Source of the DNA: Macrostomum lignano
Lineage: Eukaryota
DNA length: 64,000 nucleotides
Direction: 5' to 3'
Assembly (NCBI GenBank): GCA_002269645.1
Contig: NIVC01000074.1
Location: 62,001-126,000, forward strand
Position numbers and translations under genes: made by a program. The notes below the pieces were generated by a model that saw only the letters and a list, made by a program, of their open reading frames with translations, made no database searches and was not told the origin of the DNA. This document shows positions 23,201 through 35,200 of the stretch, piece after piece (the stretch's first letter is position 1; every line of letters starts with the position of its first letter).

Positions 23201-26200
23201 TTGGATCAGTGTCTAATCAGTGCTTGGATCAGTGTCTAATCAGTGCTTGGATCAGTGTCTAATCAGTGCTTGGATCAGTGTCTAATCAGTGCTTGGATCA
23301 GTGTCTCATCAGTGCTTGGATCAGTGTCTAATCAGTGCTTGGATCAGTGTCTAATGAGTGCTTGGATCAGTGTCTAATCAGTGCTTGGATCAGTGTTTAA
23401 TCAGTGCTTGGACCAGTGTCTAATCAGTGCTTGGATCAGTGTCTAATCAGTGCTTGGATCAGTGTCTCATCAGTGCTTGGATCAGTGTCTAATCAGTGCT
23501 TATTTTATCAGATCATGATATAATCAGTGCTTGGACCAGTGTCTAATCAGTGCTTGGATCAGTGTCTAATCAGTGCTTGGATCAGTGTCTAATCAGTGCT
23601 TGGATCAGTGTCTAATCAGTGCTTGGATCAGTGTCTAATCAGTGCTTGGATCAGTGTCTAATAAGTGGTGGGATCAGTGTCTCATCAGTGCTTGGATCAG
23701 TGTCTAATCAGTGCTTGTATCAGTGTCTAATCAGTGCTTGGATCAGTGTCTAATCAGTGCTTGGATCAGTGTCTAATCAGTGCTTGGATCAGTGTCTCAT
23801 CAGTGCTTGGATCAGTGTCTAATCAGTGCTTGGACCAGTGTCTCATCAGTGCTTGGACCAGTGTCTCATCAGTGCTTGGATCAGTGTCTAATCAGTGCTT
23901 TAACCGGTGTCTAATCAGTGCTTGGACCAGTTTCTAATCAGTGCTTGGATCAGTGTCTAATCAGTGCTTGGACCAGTGTCTAATCAGTGCTTGGATCAGT
24001 GTCTAATCAGTGCTTGGATCAGTGTCTAATCAGTGCTTGGATCAGTGTCTAATCAGTGCTTGGACCAGTGTCTAATCAGTGCTTGGATCAGTGTCTAATC
24101 AGTGCTTGGACCAGTGTCTAATCAGTGCTTGGATCAGTGTCTAATCAGTGCTTGGATCAGTGTCTAATCAGTGCTTGGACCAGTGTCTAATCAGTGCTTG
24201 GATCAGTGTCTAATCAGTGCTTGGATCAGTGTCTAATCAGTGCTTGGATCAGTGTCTAATCAGTGCTTGGATCAGTGTCTAATCAGTGCTTGGATCAGTG
24301 TTTAATCAGTGCTTGGATCAGTGTCTAATCAGTGCTTGGACCAGTGTCTAATCAGTGCTTGGATCAGTGTCTAATCAGTGCTTGGATCAGTGTCTAATCA
24401 GTGCTTGGACCGGTGTCTAATCAGTGCTTGTATCAGTGTCTAATCAGTGCTTGGATCAGTGTCTAATCAGTGCTTGGATCAGTGTCTAATAAGTGCTTGG
24501 ATCAGTGTCTCATCAGTGCTTGGATCAGTGTCTAATCAGTGCTTGGACCAGTGTCTAATCAGTGCTTGGACCAGTGTCTCATCAGTGCTTGGATCAGTGT
24601 CTAATCAGTGCTTGAACCAGTGTCTAATCAGTGCTTGGACCAGTTTCTAATCAGTGCTTGGATCAGTGTCTAATCAGTGCTTGGATAAGTGTCTAATCAG
24701 TGCTTGGATCAGTGTCTCATCAGTGCTTGGACCAGTGTCTAATCAGTGCTTGGACCAGTGTCTAATCAGTGCTTGGATCAGTGTCTCATCAGTGCTTGGA
24801 CCAGTGTCTAATCAGTGCTTGGATCAGTGTCTAATCAGTGCTTGGATCAGTGTCTCATCAGTGCTTGGATCAGTGTCTAATCAGTGCTTATTTTATCAGA
24901 TCATGTATAATCAGTGCTTGGACCAGTGTCTAATCAGTGCTTGGATCAGTGTCTAATCAGTGCTTGGATCAGTGTCTAATCAGTGCTTGGATCAGTGTCT
25001 AATCAGTGCTTGGATCAGTGTCTAATCAGTGCTTGGATCAGTGTCTAATCAGTGCTTGGATCAGTGTCTAATCAGTGCTTGGATCAGTGTCTAATCAGTG
25101 CTTGGATCAGTGTCTAATCAGTGCTTGATCAGTGTCTAATCAGTGCTTGGATCAGTGTCTAATCAGTGCTTGGACCAGTGTCTAATCAGTGCTTGGATCA
25201 GTGTCTAATCAGTGCTTGGACCAGTGTCTAATCAGTGCTTGGACCAGTGTCTAATCAGTGCTTGGATCAGTGTCTCATCAGTGCTTGGATCAGTGCTTGG
25301 ACCAGTGTCTAATCAGTGCTTGGATCAGTGTCTCATCAGTGCTTGGATCAGTGTCTAATCAGTGCTTGGATCAGTGTCTAATCAGTGCTTGGATCAGTGT
25401 CTAATCAGTGCTTGGATCAGTGTCTAATCAGTGCTTGGATCAGTGTCTAATCAGTGCTTGGATCAGTGTCTAATCAGTGCTTGGATCAGTGTCTAATCAG
25501 TGCTTGGATCAGTGTCTAATCAGTGCTTGGATCAGTGTCTAATCAGTGCTTGGATCAGTGTCTAATCAGTGCTTGGATCAGTGTCTAATCAGTGCTTGGA
25601 TCAGTGTCTAATCAGTGCTTGGATCAGTGTCTAATCAGTGCTTGGATCAGTGTCTAATCAGTGCTTGGATCAGTGTCTAATCAGTGCTTGGATCAGTGTC
25701 TAATCAGTGCTTGGATCAGTGTCTAATCAGTGCTTGGATCAGTGTCTAATCAGTGCTTGGATCAGTGTCTAATCAGTGCTTGGATCAGTGTCTAATCAGT
25801 GCTTGGATCAGTGTCTAATCAGTGCTTGGATCAGTGTCTAATCAGTGCTTGGATCAGTGTCTAATCAGTGCTTGGATCAGTGTCTAATCAGTGCTTGGAT
25901 CAGTGTCTAATCAGTGCTTGGATCAGTGTCTAATCAGTGCTTGGATCAGTGTCTAATCAGTGCTTGGATCAGTGTCTAATCAGTGCTTGGATCAGTGTCT
26001 AATCAGTGCTTGGATCAGTGTCTAATCAGTGCTTGGATCAGTGTCTAATCAGTGCTTGGATCAGTGTCTAATCAGTGCTTGGATCAGTGTCTAATCAGTG
26101 CTTGGATCAGTGTCTAATCAGTGCTTGGATCAGTGTCTAATCAGTGCTTGGATCAGTGTCTAATCAGTGCTTGGATCAGTGTCTAATCAGTGCTTGGATC

Positions 26201-29200
26201 AGTGTCTAATCAGTGCTTGGATCAGTGTCTAATCAGTGCTTGGATCAGTGTCTAATCAGTGCTTGGATCAGTGTCTAATCAGTGCTTGGATCAGTGTCTA
26301 ATCAGTGCTTATCAGTCTAATCAGTGCTTGGACCAGTGTCTAATCAGTGCTTGGATCAGTGTCTAATCAGTGCTTGGATCAGTGTCTAATCAGTGCTTGG
26401 ATCAGTGTCTAATCAGTGCTTGGATCAGTGTCTAATCAGTGCTTGGATCAGTGTCTAATCAGTGCTTGGATCAGTGTCTAATCAGTGCTTGGATCAGTGT
26501 CTAATCAGTGCTTGGATCAGTGTCTAATCAGTGCTTGGATCAGTGTCTAATCAGTGCTTGGATCAGTGTCTAATCAGTGCTTGGATCAGTGTCTAATCAG
26601 TGCTTGGATCAGTGTCTAATCAGTGCTTGGACAGTGTCTAATCAGTGCTTGGATCAGTGTCTAATCAGTGCTTGGATCAGTGTCTAATCAGTGCTTGAAG
26701 TGTCTAATCAGTGCTTGGATCAGTGTCTAATCAGTGCTTGGATCAGTGTCTAATCAGTGCTTGGACAGTGTCTAATCAGTGCTTGGATCAGTGTCTAATC
26801 AGTGCTTGGATCAGTGTCTAATCAGTGCTTGGATCAGTGTCTAATCAGTGCTTGGATCAGTGTCTAATCAGTGCTTGGATCAGTGTCTAATCAGTGCTTG
26901 GATCAGTGTCTAATCAGTGCTTGGACCAGTGTCTAATCAGTGCTTGGATCAGTGTCTAATCAGTGCTTGGATCAGTGTCTAATCAGTGCTTGGATCAGTG
27001 TCTAATCAGTGCTTGGATCAGTGTCTAATCAGTGCTTGGATCAGTGTCTAATCAGTGCTTGGATCAGTGTCTAATCAGTGCTTGGATCAGTGTCTAATCA
27101 GTGCTTGGATCAGTGTCTAATCAGTGCTTGGATCAGTGTCTAATCAGTGCTTGGATCAGTGTCTAATCAGTGCTTGGATCAGTGTCTAATCAGTGCTTGA
27201 TCAGTGTCTAATCAGTGCTTGGATCAGTGTCTAATCAGTGCTTGGATCAGTGTCTAATCAGTGCTTGGATCAGTGTCTAATCAGTGCTTGGATCAGTGTC
27301 TAATCAGTGCTTGGATCAGTGTCTAATCAGTGCTTGGATCAGTGTCTAATCAGTGCTTGGATCAGTGTCTAATCAGTGCTTGGATCAGTGTCTAATCAGT
27401 GCTTGGATCAGTGTCTAATCAGTGCTTGGACCAGTGTCTAATCAGTGCTTGGATCAGTGTCTAATCAGTGCTTGGACAGTGTCTAATCAGTGCTTGGATC
27501 AGTGTCTAATCAGTGCTTGGATCAGTGTCTAATCAGTGCTTGGATCAGTGTCTAATCAGTGCTTGGATCAGTGTCTAATCAGTGCTTGGATCAGTGTCTA
27601 ATCAGTGCTTGGATCAGTGTCTAATCAGTGCTTGGATCAGTGTCTAATCAGTGCTTGGATCAGTGTCTAATCAGTGCTTGGATCAGTGTCTAATCAGTGC
27701 TTGGATCAGTGTCTAATCAGTGCTTGGATCAGTGTCTAATCAGTGCTTGGATCAGTGTCTAATCAGTGCTTGGATCAGTGTCTAATCAGTGCTTGGATCA
27801 GTGTCTAATCAGTGCTTGGATCAGTGTCTAATCAGTGCTTGGATCAGTGTCTAATCAGTGCTTGGATCAGTGTCTAATCAGTGCTTGGATCAGTGTCTAA
27901 TCAGTGCTTGGATCAGTGTCTAATCAGTGCTTGGATCAGTGTCTAATCAGTGCTTGGATCAGTGTCTAATCAGTGCTTGGATCAGTGTCTAATCAGTGCT
28001 TGGATCAGTGTCTAATCAGTGCTTGGATCAGTGTCTAATCAGTGCTTGGATCAGTGTCTAATCAGTGCTTGGATCAGTGTCTAATCAGTGCTTGTCAGTG
28101 TCTAATCAGTGCTTGGATCAGTGTCTAATCAGTGCTTGGATCAGTGTCTAATCAGTGCTTGGATCAGTGTCTAATCAGTGCTTGGATCAGTGTCTAATCA
28201 GTGCTTGGATCAGTGTCTAATCAGTGCTTGGATCAGTGTCTAATCAGTGCTTGGATCAGTGTCTAATCAGTGCTTGGATCAGTGTCTAATCAGTGCTTGG
28301 ATCAGTGTCTAATCAGTGCTTGGATCAGTGTCTAATCAGTGCTTGGATCAGTGTCTAATCAGTGCTTGGATCAGTGTCTAATCAGTGCTTGGATCAGTGT
28401 CTAATCAGTGCTTGGATCAGTGTCTAATCAGTGCTTGGATCAGTGTCTAATCAGTGCTTGGATCAGTGTCTAATCAGTGCTTATCAGTGTCTAATCAGTG
28501 CTTGGACCAGTGTCTAATCAGTGCTTGGATCAGTGTCTAATCAGTGCTTGGATCAGTGTCTAATCAGTGCTTGGATCAGTGTCTAATCAGTGCTTGGATC
28601 AGTGTCTAATCAGTGCTTGGATCAGTGTCTAATCAGTGCTTGGATCAGTGTCTAATCAGTGCTTGGATCAGTGTCTAATCAGTGCTTGGATCAGTGTCTA
28701 ATCAGTGCTTGGATCAGTGTCTAATCAGTGCTTGGATCAGTGTCTAATCAGTGCTTGGATCAGTGTCTAATCAGTGCTTGGATCAGTGTCTAATCAGTGC
28801 TTGGACCAGTGTCTAATCAGTGCTTGGACCAGTGTCTAATCAGTGCTTGGATCAGTGTCTAATCAGTGCTTGGAAGTGTCTAATCAGTGCTTGGACAGTG
28901 TCTAATCAGTGCTTGGATCAGTGTCTAATCAGTGCTTGGACCAGTGTCTAATCAGTGCTTGGATCAGTGTCTAATCAGTGCTTGGATCAGTGTCTAATCA
29001 GTGCTTGGATCAGTGTCTAATCAGTGCTTGGATCAGTGTCTAATCAGTGCTTGGATCAGTGTCTAATCAGTGCTTGGATCAGTGTCTAATCAGTGCTTGG
29101 ACCAGTGTCTAATCAGTGCTTGGATCAGTGTCTAATCAGTGCTTGGATCAGTGTCTAATCAGTGCTTGGATCAGTGTCTAATCAGTGCTTGGATCAGTGT

Positions 29201-32200
29201 CTAATCAGTGCTTGGATCAGTGTCTAATCAGTGCTTGGATCAGTGTCTAATCAGTGCTTGGATCAGTGTCTAATCAGTGCTTGGATCAGTGTCTAATCAG
29301 TGCTTGGACCAGTGTCTAATCAGTGCTTGGACAGTGTCTAATCAGTGCTTGGATCAGTGTCTAATCAGTGCTTGAAGTGTCTAATCAGTGCTTGGACCAG
29401 TGTCTAATCAGTGCTTGGATCAGTGTCTAATCAGTGCTTGGATAAGTGTCTAATCAGTGCTTGGATCAGTGTCTAATCAGTGCTTGGACCAGTGTCTAAT
29501 CAGTGCTTGGATCAGTGTCTAATCAGTGCTTGGACAGTGTCTAATCAGTGCTTGGACCAGTGTCTAATCAGTGCTTGGATCAGTGTCTAATCAGTGCTTG
29601 GACCAGTGTCTAATCAGTGCTTGGATCAGTGTCTAATCAGTGCTTGGACAGTGTCTAATCAGTGCTTGGATCAGTGTCTAATCAGTGCTTGGATCAGTGT
29701 CTAATCAGTGCTTGGATCAGTGTCTAATCAGTGCTTGGATCAGTGTCTAATCAGTGCTTGGACCAGTGTCTAATCAGTGCTTGGATCAGTGTCTAATCAG
29801 TGCTTGGATCAGTGTCTAATCAGTGCTTGGATCAGTGTCTAATCAGTGCTTGGATCAGTGTCTAATCAGTGCTTGGATCAGTGTCTAATCAGTGCTTGGA
29901 TCAGTGTCTAATCAGTGCTTGGACCAGTGTCTAATCAGTGCTTGGATCAGTGTCTAATCAGTGCTTGGACCAGTGTCTAATCAGTGCTTGGATCAGTGTC
30001 TAATCAGTGCTTGGATCAGTGTCTAATCAGTGCTTGGATCAGTGTCTAATCAGTGCTTGGATCAGTGTCTAATCAGTGCTTGGATCAGTGTCTAATCAGT
30101 GCTTGGATCAGTGTCTAATCAGTGCTTGGATCAGTGTCTAATCAGTGCTTGGATCAGTGTCTAATCAGTGCTTGGATCAGTGTCTAATCAGTGCTTGGAT
30201 CAGTGTCTAATCAGTGCTTGATCAGTGTCTAATCAGTGCTTGGATCAGTGTCTAATCAGTGCTTGGATCAGTGTCTAATCAGTGCTTGGATCAGTGTCTA
30301 ATCAGTGCTTGGATCAGTGTCTAATCAGTGCTTGGATCAGTGTCTAATCAGTGCTTGGATCAGTGTCTAATCAGTGCTTGTACCAGTGTCTAATCAGTGC
30401 TTGGATCAGTGTCTAATCAGTGCTTGGATCAGTGTCTAATCAGTGCTTGGACCAGTGTCTAATCAGTGCTTGGATCAGTGTCTAATCAGTGCTTGGATCA
30501 GTGTCTAATCAGTGCTTGGATCAGTGTCTAATCAGTGCTTGGATCAGTGTCTAATCAGTGCTTGGATCAGTGTCTCATCAGTGCTTGGATCAGTGTCTAA
30601 TCAGTGCTTGGATCAGTGTCTCATCAGTGCTTGGACAGTGTCTAATCAGTGCTTGGATCAGTGTCTCATCAGTGCTTGGACCAGTGTCTAATCAGTGCTT
30701 GGATCAGTGTCTAATCAGTGCTTGGATCAGTGTCTCATCAGTGCTTGGATCAGTGTCTAATCAGTGCTTATCAGATCATGATATAATCAGTGCTTGGACC
30801 AGTGTCTAATCAGTGCTTGGATCAGTGTCTAATCAGTGCTTGGATCAGTGTCTAATCAGTGCTTGGATCAGTGTCTAATCAGTGCTATGATCAGTGTCTA
30901 ATCAGTGCTTGGATCAGTGTCTAATCAGTGCTTGGATCAGTGTCTAATCAGTGCTTGGATCAGTGTCTAATCAGTGCTTGGATCAGTGTCTAATCAGTGC
31001 TTGGACCAGTGTCTAATCAGTGCTTGGATCAGTGTCTAATCAGTGCTTGGACAGTGTCTAATCAGTGCTTGGATCAGTGTCTCAGTGCTTGGACCAGTGT
31101 CTAATCAGTGCTTGGATCAGTGTCTAATCAGTGCTTGGATCAGTGTCTCATCAGTGCTTGGATCAGTGTCTAATCAGTGCTTATTTTATCAGATCATGAT
31201 ATAATCAGTGCTTGGACCAGTGTCTAATCAGTGCTTGGATCAGTGTCTAATCAGTGCTTGGATCAGTGTCTAATCAGTGCTTGGATCAGTGTCTAATCAG
31301 TGCTTGGACCAGTGTCTAATCAGTGCTTGATCAGTGTCTAATCAGTGCTTGGATCAGTGTCTAATCAGTGCTTGGATCAGTGTCTAATCAGTGCTTGGAT
31401 CAGTGTCTAATCAGTGCTTGGACCAGTGTCTAATCAGTGCTTGGATCAGTGTCTAATCAGTGCTTGGACCAGTGTCTAATCAGTGCTTGGATCAGTGTCT
31501 AATCAGTGCTTGGATCAGTGTCTAATCAGTGCTTGGACCAGTGTCTAATCAGTGCTTGGATCAGTGTCTAATCAGTGCTTGGATCAGTGTCTAATCAGTG
31601 CTTGGATCAGTGTCTAATCAGTGCTTGGATCAGTGTCTAATCAGTGCTTGGATCAGTGTCTAATCAGTGCTTGGATCAGTGTCTAATCAGTGCTTGGACC
31701 AGTGTCTAATCAGTGCTTGGATCAGTGTCTAATCAGTGCTTGGACCAGTGTCTAATCAGTGCTTGGACCAGTGTCTAATCAGTGCTTGGATCAGTGTCTC
31801 ATCAGTGCTTGGATCAGTGTCTCATCAGTGCTTGGATCAGTGTCTAATCAGTGCTTGGACCAGTGTCTAATCAGTGCTTGGACAGTGTCTAATCAGTGCT
31901 TGGATCAGTGTCTAATCAGTGCTTGGACCAGTGTCTAATCAGTGCTTGGATCAGTGTCTAATCAGTGCTTGGACCAGTGTCTAATCAGTGCTTGGATCAG
32001 TGTCTAATCAGTGCTTGGATCAGTGTCTAATCAGTGCTTGGATCAGTGTCTAATCAGTGCTTGGATCAGTGTCTAATCAGTGCTTGTATCAGTGTCTAAT
32101 CAGTGCTTGGATCAGTGTCTAATCAGTGCTTGTATCAGTGTCTCATCAGTGCTTGGATCAGTGTCTCATCAGTGCTTGTATCAGTGTCTCATCAGTGCTT

Positions 32201-35200
32201 GGATCAGTGTCTAATCAGTGCTTGTATCAGTGTCTAATCAGTGCTTGGATCAGTGTCTAATCAGTGCTTGGATCAGTGTCTAATCAGTGCTTGGATCAGT
32301 GTCTAATCAGTGCTTGGATCAGTGTCTCATCAGTGCTTGGACCAGTGTCTAATCAGTGCTTGGATCAGTGTCTAATCAGTGCTTGTACCAGTGTCTAATC
32401 AGTGCTTGGATCAGTGTCTAATCAGTGCTTGGACCAGTGTCTAATCAGTGCTTGGACCAGTGTCTAATCAGTGCTTGGATCAGTGTCTAATCAGTGCTTG
32501 GATCAGTGTCTAATCAGTGCTTGGACCAGTGTCTAATCAGTGCTTGGATCAGTGTCTAATCAGTGCTTGGATCAGTGTCTAATCAGTGCTTGGATCAGTG
32601 TCTCATCAGTGCTTGGATCAGTGTCTAATCAGTGCTTGGATCAGTGTCTCATCAGTGCTTGGATCAGTGTCTAATCAGTGCTTGGATCAGTGTCTCATCA
32701 GTGCTTGGACCAGTGTCTAATCAGTGCTTGGATCAGTGTCTAATCAGTGCTTGGATCAGTGTCTCATCAGTGCTTGGATCAGTGTCTAATCAGTGCTTAT
32801 TTTATCAGATCATGATATAATCAGTGCTTGGACCAGTGTCTAATCAGTGCTTGGATCAGTGTCTAATCAGTGCTTGGATCAGTGTCTAATCAGTGCTTGG
32901 ATCAGTGTCTAATCAGTGCTTGGATCAGTGTCTAATCAGTGCTTGGATCAGTGTCTAATAAGTGGTGGGATCAGTGTCTCATCAGTGCTTGGATCAGTGT
33001 CTAATCAGTGATTGTATCAGTGTCTAATCAGTGCTTGGATCAGTGTCTAATCAGTGCTTGGATCAGTGTCTAATCAGTGCTTGGATCAGTGTCTCATCAG
33101 TGCTTGGATCAGTGTCTAATCAGTGCTTGGACCAGTGTCTAATCAGTGCTTGGACCAGTGTCTCATCAGTGCTTGGATCAGTGTCTAATCAGTGCTTGAA
33201 CCAGTGTCTAATCAGTGCTTGGACCAGTTTCTAATCAGTGCTTGGATCAGTGTCTAATCAGTGCTTGGACCAGTGTCTAATCAGTGCTTGGATCAGTGTC
33301 TAATCAGTGCTTGGATCAGTGTCTAATCAGTGCTTGGATCAGTGTCTAATCAGTGCTTGGACCAGTGTCTAATCAGTGCTTGGATCAGTGTCTAATCAGT
33401 GCTTGGACCAGTGTCTAATCAGTGCTTGGATCAGTGTCTAATCAGTGCTTGGATCAGTGTCTAATCAGTGCTTGGACCAGTGTCTAATCAGTGCTTGGAT
33501 CAGTGTCTAATCAGTGCTTGGATCATGTTGTGTTCTAGTTGATTGATTAAATTCAATTCAGTTGGAGACACTTGAGTCTCGCTCAATATATTTATACTCA
33601 TGTGCACGTTGAAAACAGTGTTACGCAATCGAAACAACGATACCATGATTGAACGCACGATGCATATAAGGTAATTGAACAATTCTAGCCTCAAAGTTAG
33701 TTAGTTACAACACCTAGGCCCGATGCACAGTCACTACATTCTCCCCCTTCCGGAAGAGGATAACGCGCCGGTTGCCGTCGAGCTCGAGTTGACCTTCGAA
33801 GCTCAGGTGGAGGTGGCGGCTCGCCCGTCCGTGGGGGCGGAGCCGGCGGCAGCGGCAAATCGAACCAGTCGTCCTCTTGGTCGGCCGCGCCGTTGTCAGC
33901 CGGTGGGCTGTTGCACTTAACCAGCCGACTCGCTTGCCACTTTGTACCGTCGGACAGCACGAAGGTGTTGCGCCCTGCTTTGGAGGCGATCTTTAGCGGT
34001 TCCTTCAGTCGGGTCGCCAGCTTGTGCGCTCGGTGCGGCGTCTGTCGCCAGACCCAGTCTCCGGCCTGGAGCGTAGAGTCACGAGCCCGCCTTCGCTTGT
34101 TGGTGTAGTCGGCGTTCTTGGCTTGCCTCTCAATGATAGCGTCGCGCAGATCGCTGTCGTCCCGCTGTTGCACTGGAGTTGGCCTGAGCAGCTGCAGTCC
34201 GGACCGCAGCTTGCGCCCGATCATCAGCTCGGCTGGAGTCAGCCCGGTGAGAGCGTGCTGGCTGGTCCTGTAGGTCTTGAGCACCAGGTCGATGGCGTCC
34301 TCGAACTTCGCTCCCGCCCTCAGGTTCGCTGCCAGGCCCTCCTTCAGACTCCGGTTGAATCGCTCAACTCCGCCGTTGCCTTGCGGGTAGTACCGGCTCA
34401 CTCGGCTGTGCTTGATGCCCTCGGCTCGCAGGAACTCTTCGAACTCGTCGCTGACGAACTGGGGTCCGTTGTCGCTGATCAGCATCTTCGGGACTCCCAC
34501 CGGCCGAATAGCTTCCGAAGCGTCTTGATGATGTTGGCAGAGGTGACGGTTTCCATGGCTGCAATCTCCGGCCACTTGCTGTACAGGTCGTGGATCACCA
34601 GTAGAAACCGCTGGTGTCGAGGAGCCGCGGCGACCTCGCCGAAGATGTCGATCTCGACCTTGTCCCACGGTCCATCTGGCCACTCGATTGGTGTCACGAT
34701 CGTCTGTTGAGGCTTGCCGGACTTCTCCGCCAGAGTGCAGGCCGTGCAGTTCTTGACGTAGTCCTCCACCTGCCGGTCAATTCCAGGAAACCAGACCGTG
34801 TCGCGGCACCGCTGCTTTGACCGAACGACGCCCGGATGCCCTTCGTGGGCCTCCTCGATGACTTGAAGTCGCAGGCTCGTCGGGATGATCGCGCGTTCAC
34901 CACGACCGAGGCACTGACCGTTGTTCCAGCAGAACAGCTCGTCCCGGACGTTGAAGTACGGCTTTAGAGAGCTGTCCACCTTCGTTGGCCAGCCGCCCGA
35001 GATGTACTGCAAAACCGCCTGCAGCACTTCGTCCTCCTTGGTCGCCGTTGCCAGTGCGTCTGCCGTCAGCGTTGTCTTCGAGTCGACGACTGCGTAGACG
35101 TAGCCCTCCTCGTCGGTCTCCTCGGCTGGAACGCGCTCCGTCGTGGCCCATCTGGACAGCATGTCCGCGCACTTGTTGTCAGCGCCAGGGATGTGCTCAA

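Noticed and set aside
20521-33234. Many MLGSVSNQCLDQCL ORFs
   Set aside because: Artefacts of the 23-bp satellite
34496-34498. Programmed ribosomal frameshift within integrase
   Set aside because: No slippery heptamer; programmed shifts occur at the gag-pol junction, not mid-integrase; a homopolymer indel is the simpler explanation
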